IMG/VR virus record: IMGVR_UViG_3300045988_133811
Location: 72,790-136,789 of that record
From: a virus
Strand: one strand, 5' to 3'
DNA: 64,000 nt
Part shown: piece after piece, positions 9,089-18,001 of the stretch
Layout: each line of letters begins with the position of its first letter
How positions within the stretch are numbered: position 1 is the first letter of the stretch
Program-made: the position numbers and the translations under genes
Notes under the pieces: generated by a model
Databases searched by the model: none
What the model was told of the DNA's origin: nothing
The model's input: only the letters and a program-made list of their open reading frames with translations

Positions 9089-9367
9089 ATGTTTGATTAT
9101 GAAAAAGAACAGTTTGAGAAGAATGTGGAAATTTTAATGGAAGATCGTTGTACACGAAAAGAAGCGGAACGATTGTTAAAAAATAGCACAGTAGTATATG
9201 AATTGAAAGATTTTACAGAACATTTTGGTCAGTTTATGGAAGATTGGCAAGAAGACAAGGAAGGAATTGAAGCATATAAGAAGATGCTTGAAACTAAAAA
9301 ACCGATGAGTGGATATAGTTTTGTAGAATATAATGGAAAAGAATATTTGATTAATTATTGTTTATAG
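9089..9367 (+). CDS. Hypothetical protein
   Basis: Track frame 9017..9367. ATG at 9089 after the RBS cgaggtggaaatt. Confidence 0.5.
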   Translation: MFDYEKEQFEKNVEILMEDRCTRKEAERLLKNSTVVYELKDFTEHFGQFMEDWQEDKEGIEAYKKMLETKKPMSGYSFVEYNGKEYLINYCL

Positions 9368-9403
9368 AATAACGGAAAATTTAATATAAAACAAAGTAAT
9401 CTA

Positions 9404-9433
9404 GGAAGATGCAGAAATGTATCTTCCTTTTTT
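9404..9433 (+). terminator. Rho-independent terminator (ggaagat-loop-atcttcc + T6)
   Basis: 7-bp stem, 10-nt loop, TTTTTT. Confidence 0.65.
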
Positions 9434-9459
9434 AATGGAAAGAAACGAGGTAAGAACGA

Positions 9460-9747
9460 ATGAAAGTTAGTAGAGAAGAATATGAAAGATTAGACTTTGA
9501 AGATTTTGTGGAAAAATTAAAGCCACAATGTGATACATTATGTAGCCTTGAAGATATGAAAAATGCTTGCGTTCAGGCGGTAAACGTAATGGAAGTTAGT
9601 CTTGCGATTCATATCCTGGAACCGATTGAAGAGTACGGTGTGTGGTATTACGACTACGATCGAGAAAAGGGTATGCAGTATGTACCGCAGCCATTATCAC
9701 AGAAAGAGGATCTTGTGAAGGCTGGGTACTTAGAATTAGTCGGATAA
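9460..9747 (+). CDS. Hypothetical protein (95 aa)
   Basis: RBS aacgaggtaag. Confidence 0.55.
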   Translation: MKVSREEYERLDFEDFVEKLKPQCDTLCSLEDMKNACVQAVNVMEVSLAIHILEPIEEYGVWYYDYDREKGMQYVPQPLSQKEDLVKAGYLELVG

Positions 9748-9786
9748 TAAAATGCAGATTTAACGAAAAGATATGAGGTGGAAATT

Positions 9787-9957
9787 ATGACATGGAATCA
9801 TATTAAATTTGAAGATGGATCTAACCCATATATTTGTAAAACAGAGAAAGAGCTGGAAAGAATGAAACGTAAATATGATCTTGTGCAGCTTGACGGAAAT
9901 TTTTGGTTAGCAAAGGATCATAGGATGAAAATGGATTTAGGCGGATTAATGTTTTAA
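9787..9957 (+). CDS. Small hypothetical protein (56 aa; below the ORF-track threshold)
   Basis: atatgaggtggaaattATG; translation MTWNHIKFEDGSNPYICKTEKELERMKRKYDLVQLDGNFWLAKDHRMKMDLGGLMF. Confidence 0.45.
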   Translation: MTWNHIKFEDGSNPYICKTEKELERMKRKYDLVQLDGNFWLAKDHRMKMDLGGLMF

Positions 9958-9972
9958 AAAGGAGAAGAAATT

Positions 9973-10305
9973 ATGAATAAATACAAATGGAAATATGGAG
10001 AAAATAGTTGCCAAAAATACTACGAGGCAAGTATTGAAGAAGATTATCTTTGTGTGTTTGCAAACAATTGGAACCCGAATGTATGGTTAGGATCGTACAC
10101 TAAACAAGGCAAAGGCACTATAACTATTGGAGATAAGACATTTAATGATAGACAGAAGAAGAAAGACTCTAAAAATAAAACTAATATTTACAATAATCTT
10201 AATATACCAACTTCATTTAGGGTTTTGTCAAATGATAATCCTGAATATATGAAGAAAAAGGTTATTTGGGCATATGAACATAATTTGTTTGAAATTAGTC
10301 GATAA
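9973..10305 (+). CDS. Hypothetical protein (110 aa)
   Basis: RBS aaaaggagaag. Confidence 0.55.
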   Translation: MNKYKWKYGENSCQKYYEASIEEDYLCVFANNWNPNVWLGSYTKQGKGTITIGDKTFNDRQKKKDSKNKTNIYNNLNIPTSFRVLSNDNPEYMKKKVIWAYEHNLFEISR

Positions 10306-10342
10306 AAGAAAAGTTTTATCACATGAATAGGAGTGACGAACA

Positions 10343-10876
10343 ATGGAAAATAAAACAAGATTAATTACTTTATCTGATAGTCCTGGAATGGATGGAGAGT
10401 TAGTTATTTTTAGAACAAACGCACCTGTGGAAAGATTGAAAGCGTTAGAAGTAGAAAGCTGTAAAGCATATACAAACAATACTGATATTCCAGTTTGGGC
10501 AGATGTATTGGAAAAAGAAGGTTATATATGCGATGTTGTAGATTCGCACAGTCATGTAACACCATATGAAACGTCTTTTGAATGGAAAGCAAAGTGTTAT
10601 CCTTATATTACAGAATGTTATGACATTGATAATGTTATAAGTCTTATTAGTGGATCAGAAGAAGAGAGAATTGCAAATATTTTATTCAATATGTCTTTAG
10701 ATATGGATTATGATAGCTCTGTTGATGACTACAGAGAGGATATGGAAATGCTGACTAAAAGTATTGGAAATTTATCTATGATAGATGATCTGCTATTTCA
10801 TGTGTTACAGAATATTGCAGATGATAACGCAGAAATGGAAAACAAACTTGTCAATGCAGATGGATCTATTAACTAA
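10343..10876 (+). CDS. Hypothetical acidic protein (177 aa)
   Basis: RBS ataggagtg. Confidence 0.55.
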   Translation: MENKTRLITLSDSPGMDGELVIFRTNAPVERLKALEVESCKAYTNNTDIPVWADVLEKEGYICDVVDSHSHVTPYETSFEWKAKCYPYITECYDIDNVISLISGSEEERIANILFNMSLDMDYDSSVDDYREDMEMLTKSIGNLSMIDDLLFHVLQNIADDNAEMENKLVNADGSIN

Positions 10877-10929
10877 TTAAATGTCAATTTTATTAAAATA
10901 ATATTGTGTAAAAAGTGTGTAAAATATTA

Positions 10930-10957
10930 TTGACAGTGTGTAGATATTGTGTATAAT
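10930..10957 (+). promoter_or_regulatory. Near-consensus promoter: TTGACA, 16-bp spacer, TATAAT
   Basis: ttgacagtgtgtagatattgtgtataat, located 25 bp upstream of the hicA start. Confidence 0.6.
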
Positions 10958-10982
10958 ATAAGTAAGTAAAGGAGACAATACA

Positions 10983-11156
10983 ATGAAGCAGAAAGATTTA
11001 ATCAAGAAGCTCAAAGCAGGCGGATTTGTCTTTGACAGACATGGCGGTAACCATGATATCTACATCAAAGGAAACAAAGTTGAATCAGTTCCACGGCACA
11101 AGGAAGTTGATGAAAGACTTGCTAAAGAGATTCTAAGAAGGAACGGGCTGTTATAA
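10983..11156 (+). CDS. hicA: HicA-family toxin (mRNA interferase), 57 aa
   Basis: MKQKDLIKKLKAGGFVFDRHGGNHDIYIKGNKVESVPRHKEVDERLAKEILRRNGLL matches the HicA pattern. RBS ggagacaa. Below the ORF-track length cutoff. Confidence 0.65.
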   Translation: MKQKDLIKKLKAGGFVFDRHGGNHDIYIKGNKVESVPRHKEVDERLAKEILRRNGLL

Positions 11157-11214
11157 TACAGCCTGCCCTTGGGAAATCTTGTTTGCAATCATATATAAGA
11201 ATAGAGGTGAAAAT

Positions 11215-11649
11215 ATGAAAGCAGTATATCCTGTACTATTTACAAAAACCGATGACGGAAAATATTTAATTGAGGCACCAGATTTAAATGTATTAACGGA
11301 AGGAAAAGATATGTCGGATGCTATTAAAATGGCACGAGACGCAATGGAATTAACTTGTGTTTCTATGGAAGATAGAGAGGTGGAAATTCCTAAACCAACA
11401 AATATTACAGATATCGATATTGCGAAAAGCACATTTTTTGATGAAGGAGAAACTATTATTTCATTGGTTGATATTGATTCAACAGAATATCGAAGAAAAA
11501 TTGATACAAAATCTGTAAGAAGAAATGTTGCATTACCTAGTTGGTTAAATTATGAAGCAGAACATTCTGGAATTAATGTTTCTAAAGTGTTACAAGATGC
11601 ACTTATTCAAGTATTGAATGTTACTGATAGACCAAATTATAATAAATAA
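11215..11649 (+). CDS. hicB: HicB-family antitoxin
   Basis: Track frame 11179..11649. Start at M13 (MKAVYPVLFTKTDDGKYLIEAPDLNVLTEGKDMSDAIKMARDAMEL) after the RBS agaggtga. HicB-like N-terminal fold signature, located right after hicA. Confidence 0.6.
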   Translation: MKAVYPVLFTKTDDGKYLIEAPDLNVLTEGKDMSDAIKMARDAMELTCVSMEDREVEIPKPTNITDIDIAKSTFFDEGETIISLVDIDSTEYRRKIDTKSVRRNVALPSWLNYEAEHSGINVSKVLQDALIQVLNVTDRPNYNK

Positions 11650-11678
11650 TATATATAAAAACGATTAATTTATTGTCA

Positions 11679-11707
11679 ATAGGCACTTTTAATAGTGCCT
11701 ATTTTTT
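11679..11707 (+). terminator. Rho-independent terminator (ataggcac-ttttaata-gtgcctat + T-run)
   Basis: 8-bp stem followed by TTTTT. Confidence 0.65.
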
Positions 11708-11726
11708 AGCAAAGGAGAGTAAAATT

Positions 11727-11897
11727 ATGCCATTGGTTTTATTATTAATAATTATATTTATCGTTCCAGAGGATAGTTTGGAATATATGTTAGGAGCTAT
11801 CTTAGGTGGTGGCTATGGAATTTTAATGGTTATAGCATTTGTTGCTATTCTGTATGGAATTTATAAGTTCTTTTCCGATCTTTGGAACGGAAGATAG
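11727..11897 (+). CDS. Small hydrophobic membrane protein (56 aa)
   Basis: Track frame 11673..11897 overlaps the terminator. Internal ATG at 11727 with RBS aaaggagag. Two predicted TM helices. Confidence 0.45.
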   Translation: MPLVLLLIIIFIVPEDSLEYMLGAILGGGYGILMVIAFVAILYGIYKFFSDLWNGR

Positions 11898-11949
11898 AAT
11901 GGAGAATATCATTTAAGAAAGCAGATTATATATGGAAGGAGTGACAGAT

Positions 11950-12471
11950 ATGAATAAATTCAAGCATTATGGAAAAGACGTATGGGTTCAGACATTTACA
12001 GAAACAAACTGGGTAGATGGACTAAAGAAAAACGGATTAGAATATGTAGCACTTCCAGATCTTGAACATGAAGTATATAAATATGTTAAGAATGGAAAAG
12101 AGAGGTATGCTCTAATTCATTATCCTGATGTACCAGAAGAAGCTTTACAGGAAGTGTATATAATAGAAAAGATCCCTGATGATCTTAGTTGGGATAACAT
12201 AATAGAAGATTACAGACAGCAGAGCAGAGGATATGAACCGATGAAACTGCCAACACGAGCAAGACTATTGTATGATAAAGCCGATCACATAGCATATGAA
12301 TTGGAAAAAGAAGATCCCAATTTTGCTAAAAATTTTTGGCATAGACCTACAGGATATATTGATCCTAAACGATTTAAGTCGGCTCTTACTTTGCTTGGAA
12401 CAAGTATCGAAGAACTAAGGGAAATGGATCATTCCGATACGCCAGAAATTGATGAACTAGAATTAGAGTGA
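11950..12471 (+). CDS. Hypothetical protein
   Basis: Track frame 11932..12471. ATG at 11950 after the RBS ggaaggag. Confidence 0.5.
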   Translation: MNKFKHYGKDVWVQTFTETNWVDGLKKNGLEYVALPDLEHEVYKYVKNGKERYALIHYPDVPEEALQEVYIIEKIPDDLSWDNIIEDYRQQSRGYEPMKLPTRARLLYDKADHIAYELEKEDPNFAKNFWHRPTGYIDPKRFKSALTLLGTSIEELREMDHSDTPEIDELELE

Positions 12472-12493
12472 ATACAAATTAATATAGGTAACT

Positions 12494-12528
12494 AGGACAC
12501 TTATGGAAAATTCCAGAGTGTCTTTTTT
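12494..12528 (+). terminator. Rho-independent terminator (aggacac ... gtgtct + T6)
   Basis: Stem with one G.U pair, 16-nt loop, TTTTTT. Confidence 0.55.
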
Positions 12529-12564
12529 AATACAAATTTTTACATAAGAAAGGTGGAATTGATT

Positions 12565-13917
12565 ATGAATCTAAACGAAATGGAAATCCCTTGCGATCCA
12601 ATTTTGGACAAAGCAAAGAGGGATGAGTTGGTGCAGAACACAGAACTTTTAAAACAGGTTACAATCAAGCCGATCCCGTGGCTTCCTGGACGAGATTATA
12701 TTACTACGGAACAGGTAGCACGATTCTTTGACGGAGATGTTGACGAGGTTAAGAGGCTGTGTACAAAGTATCGCAAAGAGTTTTTAGACGATGGAATGGA
12801 AGTTAAGACGGTGCAGGAGATCATTGACGGTCAGGACGCAGCAACGGAAAAACAGAAGGGAAGAATCATGGTAACGTATCCGAACGGATTAAATATCTCA
12901 TTCGGTTATAAGGGTGCTAAGGTGTTTACTCTTAAATGTTTAATCCGACTTTCACTACTGATGGAAACTTCAAGCCTTGCTGAGAACGTAAGACATTATG
13001 TTTTTATTAATGACTACATCACGATGGAAGAACGAAGAGAACAAGAACAGGTAGAGGCAGGTGTGCAGCTTGTTGACACAACGGAAATTTTAGGTAGACG
13101 AATTGACTTATACAGAAGTATTGAAGATCCGTTATTTTTGGCGAAGGATGTAGCAGAATGGATTGATTATAGTAAACGTCCTGACGGAACTAGGCAGATT
13201 AGTCAAATGATCAATACTATTGATAGCGAGGAAAAATATAAGACCAAAATTTTGACCGTTAATAATGTTAACGTACAAAATTTAGGTCAGCTTGATGCTA
13301 ATGGAAAAACTAAAGTTCCATTTTGGTTCCTCACAGAAGATGGACTCTATGAAGTGTGTATGCAGTCACGTAAGCCGATTGCAAAGCAGATGAAGAAACA
13401 AATTAAAGAATATCTTAAAAACATTCGTAAGACAGGCGGTGCGGTTGACTTTGGGAAAGAGTCACAGTTCATTGAACACTACTTCCCGTCATTCTCTGAA
13501 GATGTCAAGCTCGCTATGGTAACCGATCTGCGAACACAAAACAAAGAACTCAAAGAAGAAAATCAGAAGTTGCAGAATGATAATAAGCTATTAGCAGCGG
13601 AAATTTTAACATGGGATGATCGGAATAAGATGAACGCTGGTATTAGAAAATTGGCTGCGGTCACTGGAACGCAATTCTCTGTTATGTGGAACGAGCTGTA
13701 TAAGAACTTACAGTATAAATACCAGATTGATGTTAAGAAACGTGGAAAGAAACCATTTCTACAGTGGATTCAAGAACATGAATGGGATAAGGTACTGAAA
13801 GTCTTTTGTGCAATGTGTGAAGCTAGAAACCTATCTCCAACAGATATGTTCCAACAGACGGCACCTGTGGAAAATTTATATGATAATGAAGATGAGGATG
13901 ATGAAGTATGGAATTAG
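12565..13917 (+). CDS. Phage protein with a Bro-N-like (antirepressor N-terminal) domain in its central part
   Basis: Track frame 12553..13917. The segment DPLFLAKDVAEWIDYS...TEDGLYEVCMQSRKPIAKQMKKQIKEYLKNIRKTG resembles the Bro-N core. Confidence 0.45.
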   Translation: MNLNEMEIPCDPILDKAKRDELVQNTELLKQVTIKPIPWLPGRDYITTEQVARFFDGDVDEVKRLCTKYRKEFLDDGMEVKTVQEIIDGQDAATEKQKGRIMVTYPNGLNISFGYKGAKVFTLKCLIRLSLLMETSSLAENVRHYVFINDYITMEERREQEQVEAGVQLVDTTEILGRRIDLYRSIEDPLFLAKDVAEWIDYSKRPDGTRQISQMINTIDSEEKYKTKILTVNNVNVQNLGQLDANGKTKVPFWFLTEDGLYEVCMQSRKPIAKQMKKQIKEYLKNIRKTGGAVDFGKESQFIEHYFPSFSEDVKLAMVTDLRTQNKELKEENQKLQNDNKLLAAEILTWDDRNKMNAGIRKLAAVTGTQFSVMWNELYKNLQYKYQIDVKKRGKKPFLQWIQEHEWDKVLKVFCAMCEARNLSPTDMFQQTAPVENLYDNEDEDDEVWN

Positions 13918-14144
13918 AACAGATTATTCGGTATTCAGATGTATTTGTAGGAGTAATGATTACATTAGAGACTATTGTCTTTATTGTTAATGCAGCTCTG
14001 AAATTAATTGATGAATATTACAATACAAACTTAAAGAAATATACTGACTTACTAGATGATACAATAGGAGTTATTGATAAACCAACTACTATTATTTTAT
14101 GGACTTGGTTTATTATAAAAATAGGAACGGCATTTATTAAATAA
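13908..14144 (+). CDS. Small membrane protein (78 aa)
   Basis: Start overlaps the upstream stop. Hydrophobic helices VFVGVMITLETIVFIV and TIILWTWFIIKI. Confidence 0.45.
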   Translation: MELEQIIRYSDVFVGVMITLETIVFIVNAALKLIDEYYNTNLKKYTDLLDDTIGVIDKPTTIILWTWFIIKIGTAFIK

Positions 14145-14166
14145 TTCCATATAATAATTTTGGCAA

Positions 14167-14195
14167 AGAACCGAACGGAAGGTTCTTTTTATTTT
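14167..14195 (+). terminator. Rho-independent terminator 1 (agaacc-gaacggaa-ggttct + T-run)
   Basis: Hairpin plus ttttta tttt. Confidence 0.65.
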
Positions 14196-14212
14196 ACGGA
14201 AATATTTGGCAG

Positions 14213-14239
14213 GAACCGATTTGGCAGGTCGGTTCTTTG
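14213..14239 (+). terminator. Rho-independent terminator 2 (gaaccga-tttggcagg-tcggttc + tttg)
   Basis: Second hairpin in tandem with the first. Confidence 0.5.
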
Positions 14240-14281
14240 TCAAATTTATTATACACAAATTAATGATTAACTAAGCATAGA

Positions 14282-14400
14282 ATTGTTAATAGGTAAGGTG
14301 TTGATTATATAGAGAACTAATAGGAATAGAATAGGTTTCTATTAGGATTGGCACACTAATAGTTGGAATTAAATGTTGATTTTATTCCTATTGGTTTACG
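14282..14400. repeat. Cluster of at least six AATAGG / CCTATT(GG) half-sites in both orientations (iteron- or operator-like array)
   Basis: taataggtaagg, ctaataggaatagaataggtttctattaggattgg, actaatagttgg, ttattcctattgg; includes an aatagg-tttc-tatt hairpin and a longer-range aataggaat / attcctatt inverted pair. Confidence 0.5.
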
Positions 14401-14466
14401 GAATACAGTTATACAAAAATAATGAGTGTAGAGAAAAATAAGACAGTCTAGAAAGGAAGATGAAGA

Positions 14467-15561
14467 ATGAACCTACAGTTAGTTAAAACGGAAAATTTTA
14501 ATGATTTATCGTGTGATTTTTATAGTGCTGAGGATGATATTTGGATGACAAGAAATCAAATTGGAGAAGCACTGGAATATGCAGATCCAAGAAAAGCAAT
14601 TCAAAATATTCACGATAAGAACAAGGCTCGGTTTATTGGAAAATCAAGTGTCCTCAAAACGAGGACGGTTGATGGAAGGAATAGGGAAACAGTTGTATAT
14701 AATGAGTTGGGAGTATTTGAAATATGTAGATTAAGTCGTCAGCCAAAAGCAGATGCCTTTATGGACTGGGCATGGAATGTTATCAAAGCTTATCGTCATG
14801 GAAAATTAAGAACAGGAACTTCTGTGACAACAGTAGAACAGTTTCTTACAGAGCAGACAGAACTTATGAAGCAGATGGAAAGAAACAATGAGCGTCTGTA
14901 CAAGGTTACTATTAAAGGATTTAATCAGTTGGCTGACATTGTTAAAGAGATGAAAGCCGAACGGAAAGAATTGTTTAAGCAGATTGGAAAGCCTACGCAA
15001 GATGTTCCAGTAGTAGATACGGAAAGCGTTATTGCAGAATACAAACTTAATGAATGGAAATCTAATGTCTACTCTATCATTGATGATATCCTAAAAGAAT
15101 CTGACGAACTAGGAACCACTACTAGAGATATTCTTAGAGAGGCATACAGGTATCTTACTAACACATATGGAATTGTGTGGGAACAGGATCGGAAAGAATA
15201 CAAAGAGAAATACAACATTAGTGAAAGAGGTAATGTACCAACGATTGATCTTTGTTATGACAAATATCCTGACCTACTGGTAAGTGTGCTGGAAAAACTT
15301 CTGCGACAGTTCCGCAAAGAGAACGCACAGCCTGATTGGGAAGAAATGAAGATTAAGATTACCAATTATGCTAATCATATTGGAAATAAATCTAAAGGTG
15401 GAACTTCGGTTTATCGGAAAATCTACACTAAGATGACAGAAAACGGTGTTAACTGGGATGAATATGCCCATGGGCTATCTAAATCCCAGCTTATTAAAAC
15501 AAATGCAACTTTATACAATAGATTTTATGAAGCTGCGGTGGAAATTATTTCAGAAGAATAG
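14467..15561 (+). CDS. Bro-N domain protein (phage antirepressor family)
   Basis: N-terminus FNDLSCDFYSAEDDIWMTRNQIGEALEYADPRKAIQNIHDKN...ELGVFEICRLSRQPKADAFMDWAWNVI matches Bro-N. RBS gaaaggaaga. Confidence 0.65.
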   Translation: MNLQLVKTENFNDLSCDFYSAEDDIWMTRNQIGEALEYADPRKAIQNIHDKNKARFIGKSSVLKTRTVDGRNRETVVYNELGVFEICRLSRQPKADAFMDWAWNVIKAYRHGKLRTGTSVTTVEQFLTEQTELMKQMERNNERLYKVTIKGFNQLADIVKEMKAERKELFKQIGKPTQDVPVVDTESVIAEYKLNEWKSNVYSIIDDILKESDELGTTTRDILREAYRYLTNTYGIVWEQDRKEYKEKYNISERGNVPTIDLCYDKYPDLLVSVLEKLLRQFRKENAQPDWEEMKIKITNYANHIGNKSKGGTSVYRKIYTKMTENGVNWDEYAHGLSKSQLIKTNATLYNRFYEAAVEIISEE

Positions 15562-15579
15562 AGAGGTGTGATATAATTA

Positions 15580-16548
15580 ATGGAAACTTGTATACTGACA
15601 GAAAAAACAGAATTTTATGAAAGACCAAAAGAAGGTTATGGATATGTGTATGTCTATTTATATAATAATCGTGTAATATATATTGGACAAACAAGACAAA
15701 GTGTAGAGGCAAGATATAAACAGCATATTAATCATGGATTTAATACAGCAGGAGCAAAAATCACTAATAAAATTTTATGGATAGGTATTAAAGAAGATTA
15801 TATGGATTATATGGAAGGTTTGTTTTTTGAGCATTTTAATGGGATTTGTCAGTTTATTGCTCCAAAAACAGAGACACATCAAATCCCAGTCTTTTATGAA
15901 AATGAATGTAAAATTTGTATGAGTGCCATTGATCATTTTCTTACAGGAGATACACTTGATAATATTGATTTTTTAATGCGTAAAGATGTTGAAATATCAC
16001 TTGAAAAGTCGGACGATATGCCATATTTACAAAGTTATATGAGATTGTTACTTTTAGCACATGATATAGGAGACGTACTCGTAAAAGAATTTAATCAACA
16101 TATATCTACAAAATATGATATCGACCTTCTTTTACAAAGTGATTATTTTCATGGATTTACTCTAGTTGATATAGATCGAAAAGACGCAGTGTGTCATGTT
16201 GTTGATGTTAGATTTGATGTAGGTGTGTTCAATTATATGAAAGAAGCGTTAACTTATAAACGAAATACAATACCGACATATTATGTGATATCTTCGTATG
16301 AATATATTAATTATCAAAAAGGATATGATGATTTAATGAGTATGGAAGATGCGATTGAGGGGCTGATAGTATATGATGTAACTAGTAATTCGTGGGAATA
16401 TTATTGGAGCCACGATGGGGCTTATATGAAAGATGGAGTTGATCGTGAGCTTAACAAACATGCAATACAAGTTTGTATTGAAAGAAGAGATGATTATAAT
16501 GCAATATATTTGCAGTCTACTTCTTATCAACAGCTACGAATAGCATAA
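15580..16548 (+). CDS. GIY-YIG nuclease-domain protein (homing-endonuclease-like)
   Basis: GYGYVYVYLYNNRVIYIGQTRQSVEARYKQH followed by a downstream conserved E (FFEHFNG), which is the GIY-YIG signature. Confidence 0.5.
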   Translation: METCILTEKTEFYERPKEGYGYVYVYLYNNRVIYIGQTRQSVEARYKQHINHGFNTAGAKITNKILWIGIKEDYMDYMEGLFFEHFNGICQFIAPKTETHQIPVFYENECKICMSAIDHFLTGDTLDNIDFLMRKDVEISLEKSDDMPYLQSYMRLLLLAHDIGDVLVKEFNQHISTKYDIDLLLQSDYFHGFTLVDIDRKDAVCHVVDVRFDVGVFNYMKEALTYKRNTIPTYYVISSYEYINYQKGYDDLMSMEDAIEGLIVYDVTSNSWEYYWSHDGAYMKDGVDRELNKHAIQVCIERRDDYNAIYLQSTSYQQLRIA

Positions 16549-16587
16549 TACATAAAATGAAACTTTGATAGAAAGGAAGTTGGATAA

Positions 16588-17316
16588 ATGAGAGAAAATG
16601 CCAGGAAAGAAGGAGATTATATAATATCAGAAGATGTTCTTGGAACATCATATAAACACCCATCATTTGGAATGTTATCATTTAGCCGTACTCATGGTGG
16701 ACATAGTAATTTATTTGGTAGTAGTATTCAGCATAATGATACAATTCATATGGTGTTGAGAGAAGGAAAGGTCACTAGAGGATTAAATGATGATTGGTAT
16801 GTTGGAGAAGATGAGATTCTGGAAGTAGAAATGTCGCAATCACAATTTGCGGAATTAATTACTTCTATGAATGTTGGAACAGGTACTCCATGTACTATTA
16901 AATATTTACGTGGTAAAGGACGTATTAACGAAGCGGATTTTATCAATAAAAGACAGCAGATAACAAATGAATTTAAAGAGTCTATGAACAAGCGTATGAG
17001 CGATGCAAAAGAATTTTATGATGAAGTCAAGGAGCTTTTTACTACGAAGAAATCTATTGGAAAAGGCGATCGAGAAATGATTCTGAGAAGACTTGCCAAC
17101 GTGACTCAAGGTATGGAATCTAGTTCAAAATTTATTTTTGATCAATTTCAAAATCAGATAGACAAAACAATTACAGAAGCTAAAGGTGAAATCGAAGCCT
17201 TTGCCCAGAATAAAATTAATGCAATTGCTCAACAGGCTTTAGTAGAACAGAAAGAAGATATTTTAAAATTAGAGAATCCTGTTGATGTAAATCATATGGA
17301 ACTTGATGAAGAATAA
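16588..17316 (+). CDS. Hypothetical protein (242 aa)
   Basis: RBS gaaaggaag. Confidence 0.55.
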   Translation: MRENARKEGDYIISEDVLGTSYKHPSFGMLSFSRTHGGHSNLFGSSIQHNDTIHMVLREGKVTRGLNDDWYVGEDEILEVEMSQSQFAELITSMNVGTGTPCTIKYLRGKGRINEADFINKRQQITNEFKESMNKRMSDAKEFYDEVKELFTTKKSIGKGDREMILRRLANVTQGMESSSKFIFDQFQNQIDKTITEAKGEIEAFAQNKINAIAQQALVEQKEDILKLENPVDVNHMELDEE

Positions 17317-17344
17317 AACGAAAATTTGATAGGTGGTGGTACGA

Positions 17345-17719
17345 ATGGTGGATTTGAATGATCACAAATGTACGTTTGAATATACAGATGATGAACTGTT
17401 GGAGCAGGGAAAGTTAGACATTCAGGTAAGATCACATGGAATAAGAGACGATAGAACTTTTTTAGAACAATATATAGTCTTGGAAGAAATCGGCAAGCGA
17501 TGGATTCGAGAACATGAAAATATGAAGAAAGAAAATATCGTGAGTAATCAGTTCAAAAGCTGGAGCGATGATAAGTTGTTGAAATTTTATAAGGAACGAA
17601 AAGAAATTTATAATGGAAATTTCCCTATCTCGTATATTAATATGTTAGCGGAAATTTCTGATCGTTGGATTAAACAGAATGAAATTAAAGAGATAGAATT
17701 AGAAGAAGGTGCTAAATGA
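17345..17719 (+). CDS. Hypothetical protein
   Basis: Track frame 17333..17719. ATG at 17345 after aggtggtggt. Confidence 0.5.
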   Translation: MVDLNDHKCTFEYTDDELLEQGKLDIQVRSHGIRDDRTFLEQYIVLEEIGKRWIREHENMKKENIVSNQFKSWSDDKLLKFYKERKEIYNGNFPISYINMLAEISDRWIKQNEIKEIELEEGAK

Positions 17720-17961
17720 GAAAACCAATAACAAAATGTCCGCACTGCGGAAGTGATCGTGGAATGGCTGTTAGGTTTAAAGCTACTGGAACCGATATAT
17801 ATAGTTTTGATGGACATTTTCAAGATGAAGAAATTATTGAATGCTGTACATATAATAAATGTATGACATGCTGTGACTGTGGTAAACGTATAATGAGTTA
17901 TGATGAATTTATGACACATTATGCAATTGATGAATTAACAGGTAAGCATTTAAAACAGTGA
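17716..17961 (+). CDS. Zinc-ribbon protein (CPHCGS...CCDCGK)
   Basis: Start overlaps the upstream stop (ATGA). Two CxxC pairs. Confidence 0.5.
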   Translation: MRKPITKCPHCGSDRGMAVRFKATGTDIYSFDGHFQDEEIIECCTYNKCMTCCDCGKRIMSYDEFMTHYAIDELTGKHLKQ

Positions 17962-18001
17962 AAGGAGAATTTTATCTCCATATATAGAGGGGAGTGATGC
18001 C

